Assembly: GCA_041648975.1 (NCBI GenBank)
Contig: JBAZNZ010000004.1
Span: 1,779-65,778, forward strand
From: Candidatus Omnitrophota bacterium
GTDB lineage: Bacteria > Omnitrophota > Gorgyraeia > 2-01-FULL-45-10
DNA: 64,000 nt
Direction of reading: 5' to 3'
Both the position numbers and the translations under genes were made by a program. The notes under the pieces are model-generated. The model searched no databases, had not been told where the DNA came from, and saw only the letters and a list, made by a program, of their open reading frames with translations. This document shows, piece by piece, positions 18,410 through 25,780 of this stretch. Position 1 is the first letter of the stretch, and each line of letters begins with the position of its first letter.

Positions 18410-18536
18410 GTTTAATGTGTAAAGTGTAATGTGTAATGCCGGTGTAATGTATGCATGTGTAATGGAAAATTCTCTTCCATTACACAATTAACCCTTACAC
18501 CCACTTTACACATTACACATCAAACATTACACAAAG
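18410..18536. repeat. Palindromic TGTGTAA/TTACACA array with no gene at its centre (empty site), between mfd-like and argS
   Basis: Centre catgtgtaatggaaaattctcttccattacacaat, flanked by inverted heptamer units. Confidence 0.85.
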
Positions 18537-18557
18537 GAATCATTTTTAGCGGTCACA

Positions 18558-20243
18558 CTACATCTTCTTAGGGAGAGAGACGCCGAGCAAACGAAGCCCG
18601 TTTGCAAGGACTATCCTTACGCAATCCACAAGCACCAGCCTGGATTTTGCCAGGCTGTGGTCATCGCTTACGACCCTGTGTTTGGTATAGAAGGAATGGA
18701 ACACAGCAGCCACGTCCTGAAGGTATTGCAGCACGACGTACGGATCGAGTAATTTACCGCTCATGTTCACTATCCAGGGGAACTGCCGCAATAGTCTTAT
18801 CAGGTCCATCTCTTCCGGCTCCACCAGCAGTTTTGAATCGAACTTCGCCGCCAGATGGGCTGACTTACCGTATTCCATAATAGACCATATGCGCGCGTGC
18901 GCGTACTGTATATAGTAAACCGGGTTTTCGGATGATTCTTTCTTGACTGCATCTAGATCGAAATCGAGATGGCTCGATATCCTGCGCATTATAAAACAGA
19001 ACCTGGAGACGTCCTTGCCGACTTCATCCATCACCTCGCGCAATGTGATAAATTCGCCGGCCCTGGTTGACATGGATACCACCTGTCCGCTCCTATAAAG
19101 GGTCGCAAGCTGGACGATCAGCACAGAGAGGGAGTCTTCGGAAAAACCCAGCGCCCTTATGGCCGCCTTCATACGGGGTATGTAGCCGTGATGGTCCGGC
19201 CCCCATATATCGACTATCTTCTTGAAACCTCTCCTGTATTTTTCCAGGTGAAAGGCTATGTCGGGGGCGAGATATGTCGCGGAGCCGTCGGATTTAAATA
19301 CGACCCTGTCCTTATCATCGCCAAACTCGGTCGATTTGAACCAGACGGCGTTGTCTTTTTCGTATATATACCCCTTCTCCTTCAACAACCCTATTGCCTT
19401 CTCTACCTTGCCCGACCTTCTCAGGGACTTCTGGCTGTACCATACGTCGAATTTCACTCCGAAATCTTTAAGGTCGCGCTTTATGTCATTCAATATCCAG
19501 CGCAGACCGAATTCCCTGAAGACCTTAATATCTGTCGTCCCGGCGAATCTCTTTCCGTATTTTTTTTTGAATGCCCTGGCGATATCCGATACGTAGGAAC
19601 CTTTATAACCGTCTGAAGGAAATGCTTCTGTACCGCCGAAGAGTTCAAGGTAACGGGAGTGTATGGACTTGCCCAGTATATCCATCTGGGTGCCCTCATC
19701 GTTCAGGTAATATTCGCGGGTGACTTTATAACCGAGAAAATCGAGGATGTTGGCGAGGCTGTCCCCTATAGCGGCCTGTCTTCCGTGCGCGATTGTTAAA
19801 GGGCCTGTCGGGTTGGCGCTGACGAACTCCACCTGCAGCTTTATCCCTCTGCCTACACTGGCCTTGCCGAAATTGTGCCTCTTTCTCTTTATCTCAAGGA
19901 GGACTTTGCAGAGATATTCTTTGCTGAAAAAGAAATTGATGAACCCCGGAGCCTTCGTTTCGATGCGTTCTATTATGCCTTTAAGGCGGAATGTAGCGAT
20001 ATCCTGCTCCAGCTTGGACTTTATTACATCGGCCAGTTCCATCGGTTTCAAGCCGCGAGCGAACTTGGAGGCCTTCATAGCTACATTCGACGAAAGGTCG
20101 CCGTTCTGCTTGTCTTTAGGTATCTCTATCTCGGGTTTTATCTCGTGGGCTAGAGGAAGGCTCAGGTCCAGATCCACAAAAACTTCTTTTGCGGCTCTTT
20201 CTAAAAGGGAAATAACGTTCTTTTCGATCTCACCATGGCGCAT
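18558..20243 (-). CDS. argS: Arginine--tRNA ligase
   Basis: Class I HIGH region (ANPTGPLTIAHGR) and typical ArgS C-terminus. Confidence 0.95.
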   Translation of the reverse strand: MRHGEIEKNVISLLERAAKEVFVDLDLSLPLAHEIKPEIEIPKDKQNGDLSSNVAMKASKFARGLKPMELADVIKSKLEQDIATFRLKGIIERIETKAPGFINFFFSKEYLCKVLLEIKRKRHNFGKASVGRGIKLQVEFVSANPTGPLTIAHGRQAAIGDSLANILDFLGYKVTREYYLNDEGTQMDILGKSIHSRYLELFGGTEAFPSDGYKGSYVSDIARAFKKKYGKRFAGTTDIKVFREFGLRWILNDIKRDLKDFGVKFDVWYSQKSLRRSGKVEKAIGLLKEKGYIYEKDNAVWFKSTEFGDDKDRVVFKSDGSATYLAPDIAFHLEKYRRGFKKIVDIWGPDHHGYIPRMKAAIRALGFSEDSLSVLIVQLATLYRSGQVVSMSTRAGEFITLREVMDEVGKDVSRFCFIMRRISSHLDFDLDAVKKESSENPVYYIQYAHARIWSIMEYGKSAHLAAKFDSKLLVEPEEMDLIRLLRQFPWIVNMSGKLLDPYVVLQYLQDVAAVFHSFYTKHRVVSDDHSLAKSRLVLVDCVRIVLANGLRLLGVSLPKKM

Positions 20244-20257
20244 AATCTATTATTCGC

Positions 20258-20671
20258 TTATTTCTTTCTGGCCTTCTTTTTTTTGCGAGAGACCTTCTTC
20301 TTTGCGGCCGGAGCGCGGCGCTTTGCGGGGATTTTTCGGGCTTTGGAGGCGGTCAGTTCCCTGAAGCGCTCTTTGGGCGCGTCGCGCCAGAGTCGTTCCA
20401 GGTCATAAAAGCGGCGCGTCTCTTCCAGGAATACATGCACAACAACGTCGCCGGAATCGAGAACTATCCATAACGCTTCCCTCTCACCTTCCGACCGCCT
20501 GAGCTTTTCGCCTTTATCCCTTAAAACCTTTATGATATGGTCGGCTATAGCCCGAACTTGAGTAGTTGAAGCGCCGCTTGTTATAACAAAATAGTCACAA
20601 ACGCTCGACACTTTATTCATCTTTATCAAAACTGTGTCGAGCGCTTTTTTATCAGAAGCCGCGCCGGCCAC
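20258..20671 (-). CDS. rsfS: Ribosomal silencing factor RsfS (Iojap) with a Lys-rich C-terminal tail
   Basis: CDYFVITSGASTTQVRAIADHI...WIVLDSGDVVVHVF RsfS core. GTG start. Confidence 0.85.
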   Translation of the reverse strand: MAGAASDKKALDTVLIKMNKVSSVCDYFVITSGASTTQVRAIADHIIKVLRDKGEKLRRSEGEREALWIVLDSGDVVVHVFLEETRRFYDLERLWRDAPKERFRELTASKARKIPAKRRAPAAKKKVSRKKKKARKK

Positions 20672-20737
20672 AACCAGCGCTTTTGCCTTGGAATTTATGA
20701 CTTACCCCTTCTTAAGCTGCGGGATTATCTATTAAGA

Positions 20738-20881
20738 TTACTTCATTATCTTATACATACCAGTGCCACAAGACGAGCATTTGCCCTTCATAGCCTGTCT
20801 TCCATTTTTCATTGTGACTTTCTGGGTGTCCTTCATATCTTTCTTCGCTTTACACTTTACGCAATATCCGATTTCTGCCAT
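20738..20881 (-). CDS. DUF5679-like tiny zinc-ribbon protein (47 aa)
   Basis: MAEIGYCVKCKAKKDMKDTQKVTMKNGRQAMKGKCSSCGTGMYKIMK, a CxxC...CxxC ribbon. Perfect SD (AAGGAGGTG) and a consensus promoter upstream. Absent from the ORF track (shorter than its cutoff). Confidence 0.6.
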   Translation of the reverse strand: MAEIGYCVKCKAKKDMKDTQKVTMKNGRQAMKGKCSSCGTGMYKIMK

Positions 20882-20910
20882 TTAATTCACCTCCTTAAAT
20901 ATTTGAATGA

Positions 20911-20939
20911 ATTATACACTAAAAAACTCTCCCGGTCAA
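20911..20939 (-). promoter_or_regulatory. Consensus promoter for the DUF5679 small gene (TTGACC-17-TATAAT)
   Basis: Minus strand reads cTTGACCgggagagttttttagtgTATAATtcattcaaatatttAAGGAGGtgaattaaATG. Confidence 0.5.
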
Positions 20940-20964
20940 GGGGAATAGAGAATATTCTGTCCCT

Positions 20965-21546
20965 TTAAGTATATAGCTTACCCTCCAATATGTAGTCCCT
21001 TACCTTTGCCGGGACCAGATACCTTATGGACCTGCCCTCTTTCAGGCGTTTCCTTATGTCTTCTGAAGACACCTCTATCGGGGTTATGACAACGGTCTCA
21101 ACGTCCTCGGGGACCTCTTTCACCGGATATCCGGGCCTGTTGGCCACTATGAACTTCGACATCTTGAATATACCGTCTATATCCTTCCACGAAAATAGGT
21201 CTTTCAGCAAGTCCGAGCCTGTTATGAAATATAGCTGCGCTTTATCCCCGTAGATCCTCCTGAACTCCTTTAATGTATCTATTGAATACGATTTTTTCTT
21301 GGAATCGATCTCAAAAGTGGATACTTCAAAGGCGGGATTGCCCTCGATGGCAAGCTCGACCATCTTCAGTCGGTCCTGCGGCCGTATCTTCACATCCATA
21401 TTCTTGTGCGGTGGTATAAAAGCAGGGACGAATATGACCTTATCGAGCTTTATCTTATGGAGGGCGTCTTCAGCCAATATCAGGTGCCCCATATGTATAG
21501 GATTGAATGTGCCGCCGAGTATACCTATTCTCATAGCTAACTCCAT
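20965..21546 (-). CDS. nadD: Nicotinate-nucleotide adenylyltransferase
   Basis: GILGGTFNPIHMGH nucleotidyltransferase motif. Confidence 0.9.
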   Translation of the reverse strand: MELAMRIGILGGTFNPIHMGHLILAEDALHKIKLDKVIFVPAFIPPHKNMDVKIRPQDRLKMVELAIEGNPAFEVSTFEIDSKKKSYSIDTLKEFRRIYGDKAQLYFITGSDLLKDLFSWKDIDGIFKMSKFIVANRPGYPVKEVPEDVETVVITPIEVSSEDIRKRLKEGRSIRYLVPAKVRDYILEGKLYT

Positions 21547-21550
21547 TATA

Positions 21551-21652
21551 GTTATAAGTTGTAAGTCGTAAGTTGTAAGCGAATTGTATATAACTTATAA
21601 CTTATAACTTATAACTTACAACTTATAACTTATAACTTATAACTTACAACTA
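21551..21652. repeat. Palindromic TTGTAAG/CTTATAA heptamer array between nadD and proA; supplies the proA stop codon
   Basis: ttataag ttgtaag tcgtaag ttgtaag cg | aattgtatat | aacttat aacttat aacttac ... aacttac aac TAC(tag stop). Confidence 0.85.
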
Positions 21653-22906
21653 CTTTCTCACCTGCCCGCTGCCGTACACCACATACTTATATGACGTCAG
21701 TTCCTCAAGTCCCATGGGCCCTCTGGCGTGTATCTTATCCGTAGATATGCCCATCTCCGCGCCTTTGCCGAATTCGCCGCCGTCGGTAAAACGCGTCGAC
21801 GCATTGACATAGACGCAGGCTGAATCCACTTCCCGCAGGAACTTATCCGCTCTGGCCTTGTTCCTCGTGACTATGGCGTCGGAATGGTATGAGCCGTACT
21901 TCATTATATGCCGGATGGCCTCATCCACATCCCTGACCACCTTTACCGAGAGTTTCAGATCCAGATACTCCCTGTACCAGTCATCCTCTGTAGCCAGTTT
22001 CACGCAGTCTACCAGATCTTTGACTTCTTTAGAGCCCCTTATCTCGACACCGGAATTTTTGAGCCTTCTTATCATTTTGGGGAGGAAGCTGCCGGCGATC
22101 TTCCTATTCACAAGCATGCATTCCATGGCGTTGCATACCCCGGGCCTTTGGACCTTTGCGTTATAGCATATCTCTTCCGCCATCTTGAGATCAGCGCTTT
22201 CATCGACATAGGTATGGCACACGCCTTTGTAATGTTTGATGACCGGTATCCTCGAATTTCTCGTAACTTCCCTTATCAAAGACTCTCCGCCTCTTGGTAT
22301 GACAAGGTCTATCAGGCCTTCCTGTTTAAGCAGCCGATCGACGAGGCCCCTGTCCTTATCCTTGATCATCGATATCGAGTCCGCAGGTATATTGCATTTA
22401 ACAAGCGCCTTCCGCAGGACGTCGAATATCGCTATGTTAGAATTAAGCGACTCGCTGCCGCCGCGCAGTATGACAGCGTTAGAGGACTTCAAACACAACC
22501 CGATACAATCGCTGGTAACATTAGGTCTCGACTCATAGATGATAAGAATGACGCCTATAGGGACCCTGACCTTCTTTATCAGGAGGCCGTTAGGCCTTCT
22601 TATGGTATCTATGATATCTCCGACGGGATCCTTAAGCTTCGATATCTTCAAAAGCGAATCTGCCATCGACCTTATCCTCGCGTCCGTAAGCGTCAATCTG
22701 TCTATAAGCGCGGAAGACATTTTTTTTGCGCGGGCCATGGCCAGATCCTTACGATTCCGGGAAATAACGAATCTCGCGTTCTTTACCAACGCCGCGGCCA
22801 TAGCCTCAAGCGCCCTATTTTTGGACTTCGTATTCGCAAGCGCAAGGGCTCTGGAAGAAGCCTTAGCCTTTTCACACAATCTTTTTATATCGTTATTTTT
22901 TGCCAT
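21650..22906 (-). CDS. proA: Glutamate-5-semialdehyde dehydrogenase
   Basis: ProA family length and motifs; proB-proA synteny. Confidence 0.95.
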   Translation of the reverse strand: MAKNNDIKRLCEKAKASSRALALANTKSKNRALEAMAAALVKNARFVISRNRKDLAMARAKKMSSALIDRLTLTDARIRSMADSLLKISKLKDPVGDIIDTIRRPNGLLIKKVRVPIGVILIIYESRPNVTSDCIGLCLKSSNAVILRGGSESLNSNIAIFDVLRKALVKCNIPADSISMIKDKDRGLVDRLLKQEGLIDLVIPRGGESLIREVTRNSRIPVIKHYKGVCHTYVDESADLKMAEEICYNAKVQRPGVCNAMECMLVNRKIAGSFLPKMIRRLKNSGVEIRGSKEVKDLVDCVKLATEDDWYREYLDLKLSVKVVRDVDEAIRHIMKYGSYHSDAIVTRNKARADKFLREVDSACVYVNASTRFTDGGEFGKGAEMGISTDKIHARGPMGLEELTSYKYVVYGSGQVRK

Positions 22907-22915
22907 ATAATATTA

Positions 22916-24007
22916 TTATAGTATCACCAGGTTATCTTTGTGTACAATTTCGTCCTTACCTTTATAGCCCAGAGCGGCCTTGAACTGCGCCGTCTTCATA
23001 CCTTTTATCTTCGACAACTCTGCCGATGAATAGTTTACGACGCCCCTGCCTATTTCGACGAGGGCGTTATCTACTATGCTGACCACGTCCCCGGAAACGA
23101 AATGGCCGCTGACAGCGGACACGCCCGATGCGAGCAGGCTCTTGTCTTTCTTCTTCAGAGCTTCTCGTGCGCCGTCATCTATGCGCAGAGTACCTTTTGG
23201 CTTCGAAGAAAAACCTATCCATCTCTTCCTGGCAATAAACCTCTTCTCCCTGCGTCCGAAGACTGTCCCGACGTCTTCACCTGACATTATCCCTAGAAGG
23301 ACGTCTTTCTTCTTACCGTTTGCTATAACGCATTCTATCCCGGCCTGGGCGCTGTTCTTCGCGCATTCCAGCTTCGTCGACATCCCGCCCGTTCCGAGGT
23401 CGCAGGAACTGGCCCCTGCCAATTTCAATATCCTGGGCGTTATCTCGTCGACCGCGCTTATCACATTGCCATCCTGGTCCAGCAGCCCGTCGACATCCGT
23501 CAGGATAATAAGCTTATCGGCCTGGCATAAGTCGCCGAGCAGGTTTGAGAGCCTGTCGTTGTCGCCGCATCTTATCTCGTCGGTCGCGACCGTATCGTTC
23601 TCGTTGATTATGGGAATGACGTTATGTTTCAGCAGGGCATCTACCGTATGCTTTATATTAAGATATCTTTTCCTGTCGTTAAAATCTTCTTGAGTAAGAA
23701 GTATCTGCCCTACAAGATAACCCCTATCCTTAAAATATTCGCTGTAAAGGTGCATGAGATAGCCCTGGCCTATGGAAGCCGCGGCCTGAAGCTCGGCGAT
23801 GCGGTCAACGGGCCGCTTTTTAATGTTAAGAAGCCACATGCCCGCCCCGATCGCTCCAGACGTCACCAGGAGCACCTTTACACCCTTATCCTGGATATCC
23901 GATATCTGCCGGACAAGATCCTTCACCTTGTCCTTGTCAAGAGCCCTGTCCTTGGACGTTATGACTTTTGTTCCGACCTTTATGACTATCCTGCTACACT
24001 CTTTCAT
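22916..24007 (-). CDS. proB: Glutamate 5-kinase with PUA domain
   Basis: IVIKVGTKVITS... amino-acid kinase fold plus C-terminal PUA. Confidence 0.95.
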   Translation of the reverse strand: MKECSRIVIKVGTKVITSKDRALDKDKVKDLVRQISDIQDKGVKVLLVTSGAIGAGMWLLNIKKRPVDRIAELQAAASIGQGYLMHLYSEYFKDRGYLVGQILLTQEDFNDRKRYLNIKHTVDALLKHNVIPIINENDTVATDEIRCGDNDRLSNLLGDLCQADKLIILTDVDGLLDQDGNVISAVDEITPRILKLAGASSCDLGTGGMSTKLECAKNSAQAGIECVIANGKKKDVLLGIMSGEDVGTVFGRREKRFIARKRWIGFSSKPKGTLRIDDGAREALKKKDKSLLASGVSAVSGHFVSGDVVSIVDNALVEIGRGVVNYSSAELSKIKGMKTAQFKAALGYKGKDEIVHKDNLVIL

Positions 24008-24980
24008 CTTTAGACGCTTCCTTGAGCCTTTTGCATATTTCGTTAAGCAGTTCCTTTATCCCATCCCCGGCAACGGCCGATATAGGGAACAACTTCCTGC
24101 GGCCAAACCTCTTTTTAAACGCCGCCAGATTGGCCTTGCTCTCCGGACAATCTATCTTATTCGGCGCTATAACCTGCGTCTTTTTCGCAAGCTCTTTTGA
24201 ATATTGCTTCAATTCTTCGTTAAGTTTTATATAATCTTCGTACGGGTCTCTTCCGTCGATAGCGGAGATATCCACGAGGTGCACCAGTATCTTGGTCCGC
24301 TCTATGTGCCTCAGGAACTTATGGCCGAGGCCCTTGCCTTTATGGGCGCCTTCTATTAAACCGGGTATATCGGCAACTACGATGCTGTAATCTTCATAAA
24401 GCCTTACGACGCCCAGATTCGGTTCTTTCGTCGTGAACGGGTAATTTGCTATCTTGGGCCTTGCGCTGGAGATCTTGGAGATGAGCGTCGATTTGCCGGC
24501 ATTAGGATAGCCTACTATCCCTACGTCGGCCATGAGTTTTAATTCCAGCAAAATGGTCTTCTCTTCGCCCTGAGCGCCGGGCTCGGCCTCGCGGCCTCTC
24601 GAGTTCCCTTTCCCTCCCTTGCCGCCCCTGGCTATGATAACGCTGTCGCCGTTATTAACGAGGTCCCTCAATACGAGCCCCTTAACGGCATCTTTTATCA
24701 ATGTGCCTGCCGGGACCTTTATGCGGACATCCTCGCCTCTGCGCCCTTTTTTATGGTTAGAGCTTCCGTGAGTGCCGGAGTTGCCTTTGAAGTGCTGCCT
24801 GAATTGGAAATCTAGTAAGGTGTGGATGTTGGGATCGGCCTCGAATACTATATCGCCGCCGTCGCCGCCAAATCCGCCGTCAGGCCTGCCTTTCCTGTTG
24901 ATTATATCCCGGTACAGGCTGTTGCAGCCGTCACCGCCGTCACCGGCTTTGACATATATCCTGACTTCGTCTATAAACAT
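23994..24980 (-). CDS. obg: GTPase Obg
   Basis: MFIDEVRIYVKAGDGGDGC Obg fold N-terminus; G-domain GYPNAGKST. Confidence 0.95.
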   Translation of the reverse strand: MFIDEVRIYVKAGDGGDGCNSLYRDIINRKGRPDGGFGGDGGDIVFEADPNIHTLLDFQFRQHFKGNSGTHGSSNHKKGRRGEDVRIKVPAGTLIKDAVKGLVLRDLVNNGDSVIIARGGKGGKGNSRGREAEPGAQGEEKTILLELKLMADVGIVGYPNAGKSTLISKISSARPKIANYPFTTKEPNLGVVRLYEDYSIVVADIPGLIEGAHKGKGLGHKFLRHIERTKILVHLVDISAIDGRDPYEDYIKLNEELKQYSKELAKKTQVIAPNKIDCPESKANLAAFKKRFGRRKLFPISAVAGDGIKELLNEICKRLKEASKDERV

Positions 24981-24984
24981 TGCG

Positions 24985-25215
24985 TTACTTGGAGGCTTTT
25001 ACAATATTGACGATCTTGCCCGGAGTGAAATTAACCTTGCCGTCGACCAACGCGAATAGCGTGCCGTCCCTGCCGATACCTACGTTCCTGCCGGCCTTAA
25101 AGACGAAACCGCGCTGCCTCAATATGATATTGCCGGCCTTCACAGACTGGTTCCCGTACTTCTTTACGCCTAACGTCTGCGGCTGGCTGTCTCTGCCGTT
25201 AACTACGTGAGCCAT
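24985..25215 (-). CDS. rpmA: 50S ribosomal protein L27, N-terminal tail about 6 aa shorter than canonical
   Basis: [23 protein letters not shown]..., versus canonical MAHKKG(G/V)GS(T/S)RNGRDS. SD AAGGA 8 nt upstream confirms the start. Confidence 0.9.
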   Translation of the reverse strand: MAHVVNGRDSQPQTLGVKKYGNQSVKAGNIILRQRGFVFKAGRNVGIGRDGTLFALVDGKVNFTPGKIVNIVKASK

Positions 25216-25233
25216 GTTGTCAGTCCTTTCAAT

Positions 25234-25284
25234 TCAAATGTTACGTAATGTTATGTAAGGTTCATTAAGGTTACGTAACGTTAC
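25234..25284. repeat. 10-bp-period GTTAC-type array (single arm, 5 units) between rpmA and rplU, abutting the rplU stop
   Basis: caaatgttac|gtaatgttat|gtaaggttca|ttaaggttac|gtaacgttac|tag. Confidence 0.8.
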
Positions 25285-25607
25285 TAGCTCCCTTTTCCTG
25301 CTTCTATTTCCTTAACCTTCAGCTTCAGGACATTCTGCCTGTGGCCTATCTTCTTCTTCTCGCTCTTGCGCTTTTTGTATTTAAACGCGACTACCTTATC
25401 CTGTCTTATCATGCCAAGGACCTCGCACACCACATGAGATCCCTTAACATGAGGGTTCCCTATATGGAGCGAGTTGCCGTCCTTTACCATCAATACCGTG
25501 TTAAGCTTTACCTCGCCGCCCTTCTTAGCGGCCAGTTTCTCAACCAGGATTATGTCGTTCTTGGCTACTTTGTATTGCTTACCGCCTGTCTCTATCACTG
25601 CGTACAT
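25284..25607 (-). CDS. rplU: 50S ribosomal protein L21
   Basis: MYAVIETGGKQYKV start. Confidence 0.95.
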   Translation of the reverse strand: MYAVIETGGKQYKVAKNDIILVEKLAAKKGGEVKLNTVLMVKDGNSLHIGNPHVKGSHVVCEVLGMIRQDKVVAFKYKKRKSEKKKIGHRQNVLKLKVKEIEAGKGS

Positions 25608-25717
25608 AGAACCCCCCGATTTGCTGTAATCTCACCCGGGGCAAATCGTCCCGAGGAGCTGTAATCTCACTCATGGTAACGAGGGACTACATCCGAAATA
25701 CCCCGTTTAGGACGATT

Positions 25718-25747
25718 AATATATCACAGCGCCGATTACTCCGTCAA
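25718..25747 (-). promoter_or_regulatory. Candidate promoter for rplU-rpmA-obg (TTGACG -35, TATATT -10), about 110-nt leader with a direct repeat (GTGAGATTACAGC x2)
   Basis: Minus strand reads TTGACGgagtaatcggcgctgtgaTATATTaat. Confidence 0.4.
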
Positions 25748-25780
25748 GGGAAAAAGGGAGGCCCCCATTCCGGCTCACTC

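Noticed and set aside
21908-22921. 337-aa plus-strand ORF
   Set aside because: Antisense to proA.
25608-25717. Possible ribosomal-protein leader RNA upstream of rplU (GTGAGATTACAGC direct repeat)
   Set aside because: A repeat and possible stems are visible, but I cannot match it to a defined L21-leader family from sequence alone. Mentioned in the promoter feature only.
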